Positions 17,055-25,598 of a stretch of 64,000 nucleotides of DNA are shown piece after piece. The position numbers and the translations under genes were made by a program. Every line of letters begins with the position of its first letter. Position 1 is the first letter of the stretch. Origin of the DNA: Candidatus Aenigmatarchaeota archaeon (GTDB lineage: Archaea; Aenigmatarchaeota; Aenigmatarchaeia; JACPZZ01); NCBI GenBank assembly GCA_043801595.1, contig JAZDLW010000021.1:12616-76615 (forward strand), in the 5' to 3' direction. Under the pieces are notes generated by a model. That model had not been told where the DNA came from. It did no database searches and was given only the letters and a program-made list of their open reading frames with translations.

Positions 17055-18409
17055 AGAATGTAAAAATAGGACTTGAGATACATGAACAATTAAATACGGA
17101 CTCGAAATTATTCTGTTCTTGTCCCACGGACTACAGGATCGCAGAACCGAACTCGTCGATATGCCCGATATGCACAGGACAACCCGGTTCAAAGCCAGCG
17201 GGCGTCAACGAAAAAGCGTTCGATGCTGTTATAAAAATCGCGATCGCGCTCGGGTGCAGGATAATTACGGATAAGAAAATACACATGCTTCGCAAACATT
17301 ATGTTTATCCAGATCTTCCGAGCGGATACCAGCGCACGTCAGAACCGTTCGGCATTAACGGGAGCATCAACAACGTACAGATACACGACGTACACCTTGA
17401 AGAAGATCCGGGACGGTTCTTTTTACGCGAAGGGTTTGTTGATTTAAACCGATCAGGAACCCCGTTAACTGAGATAACGACAGATCCTGTATTCGAATCG
17501 CCGCAGCATGCGAGAGAATGGTTGGAAAAACTTGCGTCGATTCTTGATTACCTGAATGTAACGAGAAAGGAAGAGGGAACCATGCGAATAGACGCGAATA
17601 TCTCGATAAACAACGGAAACAGGGTCGAGGTAAAAAACATAAATTCTTTTCGGAATGTCGAGAAGGCTTTATCATTCGAAATCGCCAGACAGGAGGATAT
17701 TGTGCGAAGAAATGGTGTTGTTGAACGCGAGACGCGCCATTTTGACGAGAAGATGATATTGACATCGCCTTCAAGAAAAAAAGAGACTGGCGAGGATTAT
17801 CGCCACATGCCGGATCCGGATCTTTTGCCTATGACAATAACTGAGAAGGCTGTGAACGAACTGCGAAAAACGCTTCCCGAACTTCCGCAGGAAAAAGCGA
17901 AGAGATTTGTGAAAAATTATAAGATATCGCAGCAGAACGCGGAGAACATAGTTTCAGACCCGTATTCCGCAGACATGTTTGAAAATGTTGTCAAGAACGC
18001 TGACGCAGCGCTAACGTCGAAATGGTTTGTCGGACAACTGAAGAAAACTCTGAATTACAACAACATGGCGCTGGCTGATTCCAAGATAACCGAAAAGCAG
18101 CTTTCATCGCTTTTCGGAATGATCAAAGCGGAAAAAATAACCGAACGCGTTGCTGAAACAACGTTGCGAGAAATGGTCGTGAAGCCCGAGGATCCGGAAA
18201 AAATAATCAAACATTTGGGATTGACGAACGAAAAAAACATCGCGAAAATTGTCGAGACGATCATAAAAACCAACGCAAAGGCCGTCGCTGAATATAAAAC
18301 AGGCAGGAAAGAAGCTTTCGAGTTTCTTGTCGGGCAGGTAATGAAAGCGACGAAAGGTTCTTCGGATCCGTCGGAAATAAGGAAAGTTTTAAAGGAACGA
18401 TTGGCTTAA
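17051..18409 (+). CDS. gatB: Asp/Glu-tRNA amidotransferase subunit B
   Basis: GLEIHEQL, KLFCSCP, CPICTGQPGSKP and DANISI, with a C-terminal YqeY-like tail. Confidence 0.95.
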   Translation: MKNVKIGLEIHEQLNTDSKLFCSCPTDYRIAEPNSSICPICTGQPGSKPAGVNEKAFDAVIKIAIALGCRIITDKKIHMLRKHYVYPDLPSGYQRTSEPFGINGSINNVQIHDVHLEEDPGRFFLREGFVDLNRSGTPLTEITTDPVFESPQHAREWLEKLASILDYLNVTRKEEGTMRIDANISINNGNRVEVKNINSFRNVEKALSFEIARQEDIVRRNGVVERETRHFDEKMILTSPSRKKETGEDYRHMPDPDLLPMTITEKAVNELRKTLPELPQEKAKRFVKNYKISQQNAENIVSDPYSADMFENVVKNADAALTSKWFVGQLKKTLNYNNMALADSKITEKQLSSLFGMIKAEKITERVAETTLREMVVKPEDPEKIIKHLGLTNEKNIAKIVETIIKTNAKAVAEYKTGRKEAFEFLVGQVMKATKGSSDPSEIRKVLKERLA

Positions 18410-18443
18410 GACATTGCATCTACAACATAGACTAGCATTTCAG

Positions 18444-18518
18444 GGGCCCGTGGCGTAACCAGGACTAGCGCGGAAGGCTTCGGACCTTCATGTGCGGGTT
18501 CAAATCCCGCCGGGCCCT
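18444..18518 (+). tRNA. tRNA-Arg (anticodon TCG)
   Basis: Hand-folded cloverleaf. Acceptor GGGCCCG/CGGGCCC, anticodon arm GAAGG-CTTCGGA-CCTTC, T arm GCGGG-TTCAAAT-CCCGC. 75 nt, no encoded CCA. Confidence 0.85.
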
Positions 18519-18538
18519 TTATTAGCAAATACCTATTT
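18505..18538 (+). repeat. Left copy of an imperfect 34-nt direct repeat (tRNA-Arg 3' end plus downstream)
   Basis: tcccgccgggccct-N10-atacctattt recurs with identical spacing at 20787-20820. Confidence 0.7.
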
Positions 18539-18796
18539 CTAAGTGAATTGGGTTCAAGTCTGTCAGGACTCATACCCATTTACATGCGGGTCCAGTTTCA
18601 ATCCTGCTGGTTCCGAACCTGTTTAGGTTGGGGTCTTAAACGTCGGCGTTTTCTTCTGGACTAGGTTTTCGTTTTTCATACACGGTTAATGGAAGTGACG
18701 GGTATAGAAGGCTGTTGGAGGGGTTTGCGGGATGTGCGAATATAATTAAAAGTAAGTTTATTTGAAAGATGAAACAATTGATACTCAGTGATACGA

Positions 18797-19255
18797 ATGA
18801 GTGTTACGCAAGAATTAACTCAAGCCTTCGTAGACCTCATAAAATCGGTACATGACGATATTATTTCGGCAACCGGTGTTGAATTAAACGATCCAGAGGG
18901 CAGATTTAAGCATCTGCCTATTGGTGTGAAACAAATAGGAGTTAGAGACGAAGGAAGTTTGTACAGTTTCGGTTACCAATATTTGAATTTAATAGAAAAA
19001 CACCCGGACAGCCCCATTGACGCAGCCGCTTTTATCATCGAAGAGGTAGCAGCCAAACATTACTTTTGGGACGGTAATAAAAGAACGGCGTTTGTGTTCG
19101 CGGGTACATTCTTGAGAATAAGAGGCATTATTCTTGAACCTGACTATCTAAACGTGGTCGATTTCCTTATAAAGGTAGCTCAGGGCAAGTCTAATAAAGC
19201 TGAGATAAAGAAATGGTTATTAGAGCATTCTACAATCATCGGTGGTAGCAAATGA
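18797..19255 (+). CDS. Doc (death-on-curing)/Fic-fold toxin-like protein
   Basis: Doc-type motif KHYFWDGNKRTAFVFAGTFL (HxFxDGNKRTA). About 150 aa. The track start at 18788 is GTG; an ATG follows at 18797. Confidence 0.6.
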   Translation: MSVTQELTQAFVDLIKSVHDDIISATGVELNDPEGRFKHLPIGVKQIGVRDEGSLYSFGYQYLNLIEKHPDSPIDAAAFIIEEVAAKHYFWDGNKRTAFVFAGTFLRIRGIILEPDYLNVVDFLIKVAQGKSNKAEIKKWLLEHSTIIGGSK

Positions 19256-19344
19256 CGAAAAAAGAAATGATTGAATTCAGAGAAGAAGCGAAGAAGTTCA
19301 TTCAAGCCAACCTAAAGACTTTGAAAGAATTGGCGAAACACTAG
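19252..19344 (+). CDS. 30-aa helical peptide ORF overlapping the Doc stop (ATGA)
   Basis: Hand translation gives MTKKEMIEFREEAKKFIQANLKTLKELAKH. The translational-coupling geometry is the only support. Confidence 0.25.
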   Translation: MTKKEMIEFREEAKKFIQANLKTLKELAKH

Positions 19345-19363
19345 AATCCACAGAGGAAAATCT

Positions 19364-19606
19364 ATGTGTCTAAAATGGTTAAATGAGATTTTCAGCAAGA
19401 AGAACGACAAAAAGAGAAAACAGGTTTACCATGATTATCTAATCGCACTACTCGCTGCAATCAGTGCGACCATACTATCGCCGTTTTATATAAATGGGTT
19501 TAGTGATTTCAGTTCAATCTTAAAATACCTCATTATTTTTGTTGGAATCAATTTCCTATTTTTTGTTATGATTCTTAAGAATACTATCGGTAACGATTCT
19601 CGATAA
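19364..19606 (+). CDS. Small two-TM membrane protein
   Basis: 80 aa with a basic N-terminus followed by LIALLAAISATILSPFYI and LIIFVGINFLFFVMIL. Confidence 0.4.
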   Translation: MCLKWLNEIFSKKNDKKRKQVYHDYLIALLAAISATILSPFYINGFSDFSSILKYLIIFVGINFLFFVMILKNTIGNDSR

Positions 19607-19678
19607 ACGTGATAGTGAACATTATCCGCATCCTCAACCTCCACTCTCCTTTATTAGCCTTCAGTTCCAATCGACCAG

Positions 19679-19852
19679 ATGAAAATCAACATAACTCCAA
19701 TGAAAAGGTTCGCACTCGATACTCCGCAGCTTCCTAGAGTGTTGCGGGAGCTGATGATCTCGGAACCGGATTACATGGATGTGAACGAGTTCTGCATTAA
19801 AGCCGAGGTGTGGCTGCGGCTGACGCGGATTTTGGACGAGCGGCTGTTGTGA
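19679..19852 (+). CDS. 57-aa ORF with a locally GC-rich 3' half
   Basis: Hand translation gives MKINITPMKRFALDTPQLPRVLRELMISEPDYMDVNEFCIKAEVWLRLTRILDERLL. It abuts the convergent methyltransferase stop. Confidence 0.25.
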   Translation: MKINITPMKRFALDTPQLPRVLRELMISEPDYMDVNEFCIKAEVWLRLTRILDERLL

Positions 19853-20677
19853 TTAACCGGTTCTCTCGATTGTCATTCCATTTGGATATTCTTCTTGCAT
19901 GTATTTAGGAACGGGTCTAATTACGATTTTACACCCAACCTTGATAACTCTTGATGTTTCGTCAACTAGGGTATCGAATTGTTTCTCAGCCTTTGGAGTT
20001 TTATCGTTATCATGTCCGAGATTTAGCACAGTTATTCCATCGAAAGTGGCATCGGCGAAAGGCAAATTTCTTGCGTCCCCGACAACAAAACTTATTCTGT
20101 CTGTATACGGTTTGTAGTAATTCACGAATTCAGGAGTAGGTTGGGATTTCAGGAACTCTTCGACTGGCATATCGGATAGTTCAGAAAAATCTATTCTAAG
20201 AGGATAATCCGATACATCAAGTTTATACGTCTCACCGATCTTATATTTTGACATTCTTCGGCCTCTAGGATGTTCGGAAATTATTTGTAAGGTTTCTTGT
20301 AGTACCTCTTGATACGATGCCTTACGGTACGTTGCCCCATCATGTAAGCTATGTCTGAATCGAACATCATCCATGTTCGATTTTGCAAACAGTAAACGGT
20401 TTCGATACGGATCGGAAAGCATTCGATGAAGGTTCTCCGAATCTCCAGTTGTGAGAAAGTCGACATCGACAAACCCGTGTTCTTCCTTATAGGCACGGTT
20501 GTGTGCGGCTGTAACGACTCTATTTTTTATAAGATTAAATACTCCCTGTGTAGAATTTGTGTTTAGATCTGGAGTCACTTCATAATCGAGACCGATGAAG
20601 ACTAGATCGCTATACTTAATAACTTTGTCAAGCATCCATGTACCATCACCGCACCCAACATCGAGATGTAACTTCAT
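19853..20677 (-). CDS. Class I SAM-dependent methyltransferase with a large insertion
   Basis: Motif I is LDVGCGDG at the N-terminus. The usual downstream motif, VVGDARNLPFADATFDGITV, appears only about 190 aa later. Confidence 0.6.
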   Translation of the reverse strand: MKLHLDVGCGDGTWMLDKVIKYSDLVFIGLDYEVTPDLNTNSTQGVFNLIKNRVVTAAHNRAYKEEHGFVDVDFLTTGDSENLHRMLSDPYRNRLLFAKSNMDDVRFRHSLHDGATYRKASYQEVLQETLQIISEHPRGRRMSKYKIGETYKLDVSDYPLRIDFSELSDMPVEEFLKSQPTPEFVNYYKPYTDRISFVVGDARNLPFADATFDGITVLNLGHDNDKTPKAEKQFDTLVDETSRVIKVGCKIVIRPVPKYMQEEYPNGMTIERTG

Positions 20678-20786
20678 AATGAAACCGAATTTATCTCACA
20701 ATGTAACGATTTAAACCTCTGACTTACTCGTACAACCCGCAAGCTACCCGTCAAAAACAACGGACCTGAACCCAAATGGACCTTGG

Positions 20787-20820
20787 TCCCGCCGGGCCCT
20801 AAATAGATTCATACCTATTT
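20787..20820 (+). repeat. Right copy of the 34-nt direct repeat
   Basis: tcccgccgggccct-aaatagattc-atacctattt. The 14-nt and 10-nt blocks are identical to those at 18505-18538. Confidence 0.7.
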
Positions 20821-20917
20821 TTCAGACGTATTTTGGCTCAAATCCCAAAATTTGGTCTCTTTGTCAACCAGAGCTCGAAAAACGCGCTTAAATACCTCCG
20901 AGTATTCGATTACGATT

Positions 20918-21376
20918 ATGACCGATTCCGAGTTCCTTTTGGAAATAGACAATATGACCGATGCAGAAAGAAAGAGAATAGAATATATCGCAGAAAAAAC
21001 AGGCTCCCGTAAACCAAAACACGCATTTGTCATGAATGAAGAAGGAATGAAAATGGTTGTGAATAAAATTCCGTATGAACGCATCCGTGTAAGAGTATTG
21101 GGGGCAGAGAGGCACATTGAAGAAATGACGAGTTACACTACCGAAATGCTGGAAGTTCCCAGTGGTATGGACGAGAGAACGCTAAATTATCTGATGAAAT
21201 CGCAAAAACTAACAAGGGAAGGCGCGTACCTGAGGGGTAAACGCGGCACGGTTGAAGTTACGGAACTGGATCTTTCCGACAAACCGCACATGAAAGTAAG
21301 ATACAACACATCCGGCGGTGCAAGAATAACAGAAAAATTAAGAGGTGCAATCGAACTGTACGCAAATACGGTTTGA
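20918..21376 (+). CDS. Hypothetical protein
   Basis: Coherent ORF of about 152 aa from the ATG at 20918 (the track TTG start is 20852). No recognisable motif. Confidence 0.4.
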   Translation: MTDSEFLLEIDNMTDAERKRIEYIAEKTGSRKPKHAFVMNEEGMKMVVNKIPYERIRVRVLGAERHIEEMTSYTTEMLEVPSGMDERTLNYLMKSQKLTREGAYLRGKRGTVEVTELDLSDKPHMKVRYNTSGGARITEKLRGAIELYANTV

Positions 21377-21427
21377 TGGCTTTGTGCGCAACTTCTATTT
21401 TTATTATCCGATAACTAAATAATAGTT

Positions 21428-22456
21428 ATGGCTTTGAAGAACGCTTTTTCGAAAACGCGCAAATCCCTGGAAGGAAAATATGCGAATTTCAGGCACAGCC
21501 CCGATGTGATCGTGATAGGAGAGATTCACACCGACGAAAAACACACACGCAACGAAGCGAGATTAATCGAAAGGTTTAGGCCGGAATACGTTTTGTGCGA
21601 AGGCTTGGATCAGGAAACTCCGGAAACCACAAAAAACTTCGTCAACGACCTGAAATACGGAACCGTTGCCAAACTTGCCGAAGTTGCGGGAATGAAACCC
21701 GAGGATATGGGGATAACTCCGGACATAATCGCAGCTATGAAATCCAAAAATGCGACGGACATAAGAGAATTGGCGGAAAGATATCAAAAAGAGCTGGGTT
21801 ATGGAAAAGGCAAGGCCATGCGCATTGCAAGGAAAGGGCTCGGATCCGAAGGCAAGACTCCAAAGGAGTATAAATCGCTTGTAAGAACCCCCATACACGA
21901 ACTCGGCGCCAATGCGATTAACGCAATTGAAAATTCGATCGGAAAAAAACAGGACGAATATGTTAAAAGGGGGGACATAAAATCCAATGAAGTATTAACC
22001 ACGGTGATAAGATTTTTGACAAAGTATTCCTCTTTTTACGGCGACAGTATGAAAAAAATCAGAACCATAGGTTATTCAGCAGCGCAGGTCGGAGCAAAAT
22101 TAGCAGGATGCGATATAGAAAAGGAAATTCCGAAAACGGATTTGGGAGACGGAAAGGATCCGATGCAATACATGGAAAACTTCGCGTCAATGGTTGATAA
22201 ATTAAACCAGTATGCGACATCGAAAAATCCCGAACGTGAAAGAGAAATGGGAAACAAAATAGTGGGATATGCAAAACAACGAAAAACCGACTGCCCGATA
22301 ATAGTAATCATTGGAGATTATCATGCAAGAAAGGATTCGGGTGTGTACGAAGCGCTTAAAGAAGCCGGACTGAAATACAAGACAGTCAGGCAACGTTCGG
22401 GTGGTGGAGATGCGCTGAAACAATTTTTTTATATGGACAGGTTAGGCTCTAAATGA
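21428..22456 (+). CDS. TIKI/TraB/GumN/ChaN-superfamily protein (putative metal-dependent hydrolase)
   Basis: Superfamily pattern of GxxH, then E, then GxxH: VIVIGEIHTDEKH, PEYVLCEGL and IVIIGDYHARKDSG. Confidence 0.4.
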   Translation: MALKNAFSKTRKSLEGKYANFRHSPDVIVIGEIHTDEKHTRNEARLIERFRPEYVLCEGLDQETPETTKNFVNDLKYGTVAKLAEVAGMKPEDMGITPDIIAAMKSKNATDIRELAERYQKELGYGKGKAMRIARKGLGSEGKTPKEYKSLVRTPIHELGANAINAIENSIGKKQDEYVKRGDIKSNEVLTTVIRFLTKYSSFYGDSMKKIRTIGYSAAQVGAKLAGCDIEKEIPKTDLGDGKDPMQYMENFASMVDKLNQYATSKNPEREREMGNKIVGYAKQRKTDCPIIVIIGDYHARKDSGVYEALKEAGLKYKTVRQRSGGGDALKQFFYMDRLGSK

Positions 22457-22579
22457 TTTCCCTGATCAGAGCGCACGTCACAAATATCGCAAATCTCCAT
22501 GTAAGAGAATTTGAACCCTGAGGCAACAACCCGCCGAACCCTTTTCTTTTTATCTGTGCGACGGCAATGCTATTATTCG

Positions 22580-23032
22580 GTGCTTTTGTTGGTTAACACT
22601 ACCGATATTCTTGTACACGATCTGATGAAGGAGCCTGTTTCCATCAGGGAGGACACGACAATAGGCGAAATGCTCGAGATAATCAAAAAGGAAAAGATAA
22701 TCCTTGTTTCAGTAACGGATAAGAATAACACGCTTATAGGAACCGTAACGGAATACGACCTGATAAAGCTCGTAAAGCCCGGCTCGTTGTCGCCGTTAGC
22801 CGGCACTGTCTGGTTAAACAGCATAGAGAAATCGCAAAAAGACAGGCCTGTCAGGGAAATAATGAACAACAAGCCTGTATCGATATCGCAGAATGACAGC
22901 ATAGATGCCGCGCTTAAAACCATGAGCAACTACGAAGGCTTGCGCGTGCTTCCGGTCGTTGATTCGGAAAACAAGCTTATAGGGATCATAAGAATAAGGG
23001 ACGTGTTTGAAAAACTTTTCACGGATGTGTAG
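22580..23032 (+). CDS. CBS-domain pair protein
   Basis: Two CBS repeats (LMKEPVSI...LIGTVTEYDLIK and IMNNKPVSI...LIGIIRIRDVFE). Start uncertain: GTG 22580, TTG 22589 or ATG 22625. Confidence 0.7.
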   Translation: MLLLVNTTDILVHDLMKEPVSIREDTTIGEMLEIIKKEKIILVSVTDKNNTLIGTVTEYDLIKLVKPGSLSPLAGTVWLNSIEKSQKDRPVREIMNNKPVSISQNDSIDAALKTMSNYEGLRVLPVVDSENKLIGIIRIRDVFEKLFTDV

Positions 23033-23035
23033 AGC

Positions 23036-24247
23036 ATGGCTAACCTGGAAATATTCGACCTCGCACTTTTACTTCTCGGCGCTAAAACCGGAGGAATAAT
23101 CTTTCACAAACTCCACCAGCCGAGTTTAGCTGGAGAGTTGCTCGCAGGGATCGTACTCGGATCTTCGATACTGAAACTTGTCAATCCGTCCCAGATCGTC
23201 GAGGCGACAAGCCAGCTAGGCCTGATGTTTCTCGTGCTGTTAACAACGCTGGCAATAGACTGGAGCAAGGTTGAAAACAAGGTCGAATCATACTCGATGA
23301 TCGAGATAATAATGGCGATTATCGTAATGGTAATAACTTTTTTTGTGGGAAATTTGCTGAAGTGGAACTTTTTCACAAGCGTGGTCGTTGCGCTTGCCAT
23401 GATGCAGTCAAGCCTTGCAATAGCTTCGCGAACGCTTGCGAACATAGGCGAGTTAAACAGCAAGGAAGGGGAGGCGATAATCGGATTCCAGGTCGTCAAT
23501 GACATTGTTGCGATCTTGAGCATTGCGGTTGTCGCGAATTTCCTGCAAAATTCCACGCTTGGTGTAGGAACACTGGCAAAAATGCTGTTCATTGTAGTCG
23601 GCTTTGTCGTGGTAATGAGCAAGACAGGGCTCAAGTTCACGATCTGGCTGACGGATACTGTGCAAAAGCACGGATTGGAAGATACGCTTCTAGGATTGAC
23701 GCTTGTGCTGTCATTCTCGCTTGCAACGTTTACGGAAAAGCTCGGGCTTGAAAGTTTCCTTGGTGTGTTTTTAGCAGGGCTGTTGTTGAGCAAAACGCCG
23801 CAGGCAAGCGTAATATCCGGAAAGGTAAAGGAGGTCGGAGAGGCGTTTTTCATACCAATATTCTTCGCGTCGATAGGGCTTGGCGTGGATGTTATGAGCG
23901 CATACCAGCAACTGCCATTCATAATCTCGTTCGCGCTGTTTGCCATTGCGATCAAGATGATCTCGTACGCAGCGCCGCTGGCAGCATTCGGATATTCCGG
24001 AAGGGAGTCGTTAAGGATAGGATCGGGCATGGTTTCGGTGTCGGAGATGTCGCTTATCATCCTGAGTATAGGGCTGGCTGCGAACGCGTTCGACGTGCAT
24101 GTTTATTCTATGATGATAGCGATATTCCTCATAATTGACGTCGTATCGCCGATAATCACATCAATGTTCTTCAGGGACAAAAACATGCCTTCGTACCCGA
24201 AAAGATCGTCCAGATTCGGCGTTCTCAACAAAGGATTTACACGGTAG
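23036..24247 (+). CDS. Cation/proton antiporter (CPA2, Kef/NapA-like)
   Basis: LLLLGAKTGGIIFHKLHQPSLAGELLAGIVLG at the N-terminus, with about 11-12 TM segments. Confidence 0.75.
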   Translation: MANLEIFDLALLLLGAKTGGIIFHKLHQPSLAGELLAGIVLGSSILKLVNPSQIVEATSQLGLMFLVLLTTLAIDWSKVENKVESYSMIEIIMAIIVMVITFFVGNLLKWNFFTSVVVALAMMQSSLAIASRTLANIGELNSKEGEAIIGFQVVNDIVAILSIAVVANFLQNSTLGVGTLAKMLFIVVGFVVVMSKTGLKFTIWLTDTVQKHGLEDTLLGLTLVLSFSLATFTEKLGLESFLGVFLAGLLLSKTPQASVISGKVKEVGEAFFIPIFFASIGLGVDVMSAYQQLPFIISFALFAIAIKMISYAAPLAAFGYSGRESLRIGSGMVSVSEMSLIILSIGLAANAFDVHVYSMMIAIFLIIDVVSPIITSMFFRDKNMPSYPKRSSRFGVLNKGFTR

Positions 24248-24283
24248 TAATCGCTTTTTATTGCGACAGCTACAAATAAGATT

Positions 24284-24898
24284 GTGGCAATCAATCTTCC
24301 AGACCTTATTGTCCCGTCTTCGATAGGCGCTACAACCGGCATGTTGATAGTGTTTCTTGTGCTAAAAAACCTTTCACTCGGCCTCAAATTAAAACTGGCC
24401 GGCGGAGGCTTTGCAACAGCGATGGTTGTCGCTGCCCTGTACTACGCGTTCCAAAACATAATTTTCGGAGTGGTTATAGGGACATTGTGGGCATTCGGAT
24501 GGCTGGTGATAATCGCAGACCAGTACTCGAAAACCATGAAGGACTTCGAGCCTCTTGAGAATCCATTGAAAATGACCGCGAATACGGTCGCGAGCATGTC
24601 GGCAATGATGCTGACGATAATAGTGTTCATCCTTGGTTCTGCAGCAACGATATTTCCGCAGTCATCCAGCAAATTTTCGCTCGTGGCTTTTTCAGCGCCT
24701 CCGCTGATAGGAGCGATAAGTTTCATCATGTGCTCCTATTTCACGACCAAATTCGAACTGGAAACCGAACCTTACGCAAAACAGCAGAGTCTTAAGAAGG
24801 TAGTTGCGTGGTGGACAATAGGGCAGACAATACTGATTTCAACCATAGTCTCGGTGTCGTTTTTCGTTGCATTTGTCGTAGAAACAATCGTAGCCTAA
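24284..24898 (+). CDS. Polytopic membrane protein, paralog 1 of a tandem pair
   Basis: Collinear with 24990..25598 (LVLKN, YY..QNI, VAF.APPLI.AIS, WW.IGQTI). GTG start. Confidence 0.55.
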   Translation: MAINLPDLIVPSSIGATTGMLIVFLVLKNLSLGLKLKLAGGGFATAMVVAALYYAFQNIIFGVVIGTLWAFGWLVIIADQYSKTMKDFEPLENPLKMTANTVASMSAMMLTIIVFILGSAATIFPQSSSKFSLVAFSAPPLIGAISFIMCSYFTTKFELETEPYAKQQSLKKVVAWWTIGQTILISTIVSVSFFVAFVVETIVA

Positions 24899-24920
24899 AC
24901 TTTCTTTCTAAGAAAGTTTA
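24896..24920. repeat. PAL hairpin (11-bp arms, 3-nt loop) starting at the stop codon
   Basis: TAAACTTTCTT-tct-AAGAAAGTTTA, followed by ATCAAAG. Confidence 0.7.
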
Positions 24921-24946
24921 ATCAAAGAAGTAAAAGTTTAATCAAA

Positions 24947-24967
24947 CAAACTTTTAGCAAAAGTTTG
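24947..24967. repeat. PAL hairpin (9-bp arms, 3-nt loop)
   Basis: CAAACTTTT-agc-AAAAGTTTG, followed by ATCAAAAG. It overlaps the probable promoter of 24990..25598. Confidence 0.65.
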
Positions 24968-24989
24968 ATCAAAAGAGAATGGTGATCGC

Positions 24990-25598
24990 ATGGACATGAC
25001 AAATCTGATAGCGCCGCTGGCAATAGGCGGAATAACCGGGCTAATGATCGTTTTGCTCGTTCTCAAGAATTTCGCCGCGAAATTGAAATTAAAAATAACA
25101 ATCGCGGCTTTCTTATCTGCTGCGATCGTAGCCATGGTATATTACGTTTTACAGAACATAGTGACCGGCGTCATACTTGGCACGTCATGGGCTTTGGCAT
25201 GGCTTTTCATAATAGCGGAATACGGAATAAAAACCATTCCCAATATGAACCTGAAAAACGATCCGCTGGAATTGATTGAGGAGAACGCGAGCAACCTTGC
25301 CGGATTATTGATAGCAGCCATAGCTTTCATACTCGGAATTTCCGCAACCCTATTCAAGAATCCCGGCGATAAATTCAACCTGGTGGCATTCGCCGCACCG
25401 CCGCTTATCTCGGCCATAAGCATGGGCATATGCACGTACTTCGCGACCAAATACAGCATGACAAACGATTTCAAGACAAAGCAATATTATTTGAAAAGAT
25501 CCCTAATATGGTGGGACATAGGGCAGACCATTTTCATTGCGACCACACTTACAATGATAATCTTCGTCGGGATGTCAATAGAAAAGATCATAATGTAA
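24990..25598 (+). CDS. Polytopic membrane protein, paralog 2 of a tandem pair
   Basis: See 24284..24898; same length and the same hydrophobic-segment pattern. Confidence 0.55.
   Translation: MDMTNLIAPLAIGGITGLMIVLLVLKNFAAKLKLKITIAAFLSAAIVAMVYYVLQNIVTGVILGTSWALAWLFIIAEYGIKTIPNMNLKNDPLELIEENASNLAGLLIAAIAFILGISATLFKNPGDKFNLVAFAAPPLISAISMGICTYFATKYSMTNDFKTKQYYLKRSLIWWDIGQTIFIATTLTMIIFVGMSIEKIIM

Larger units (their letters stand above)
18519..20786. mobile_element. Candidate integrated islet or remnant adjacent to tRNA-Arg (no integrase present)
   Basis: Bounded by the direct repeat above. It carries a Doc-like toxin, three small ORFs and a methyltransferase. A degenerate copy of the tRNA 3' half (cggacct...tcccgccgggccct) sits at the right end. 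Confidence 0.35.

Noticed and set aside
18528-18538. Recurrent AAATACCTA 9-mer at 18528, 33727, 52176 and 56895, with a variant at 20812, considered as a novel repeat.
   Set aside because: In three cases it sits 25-35 nt upstream of a start codon and looks like the 3' edge of an ordinary TATA box. Copy number is too low to claim more without a genome-wide count.
18541-18620. tRNA-like fragments downstream of tRNA-Arg (gggttcaagtc and gcgggtccagtttcaatcctgc). Another lies at 22510-22550 (gaatttgaaccctgagg).
   Set aside because: T-arm-like strings only. I could not fold acceptor, D or anticodon arms, so at best they are decayed remnants and are not reported as genes.
18519-20786. Search for an integrase, transposase or other recombinase in or beside the tRNA-Arg islet and the AT-rich patch at 32.6-35.1 kb.
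   Set aside because: No ORF shows tyrosine- or serine-recombinase or DDE-type motifs, so mobility is inferred only from repeats and composition.
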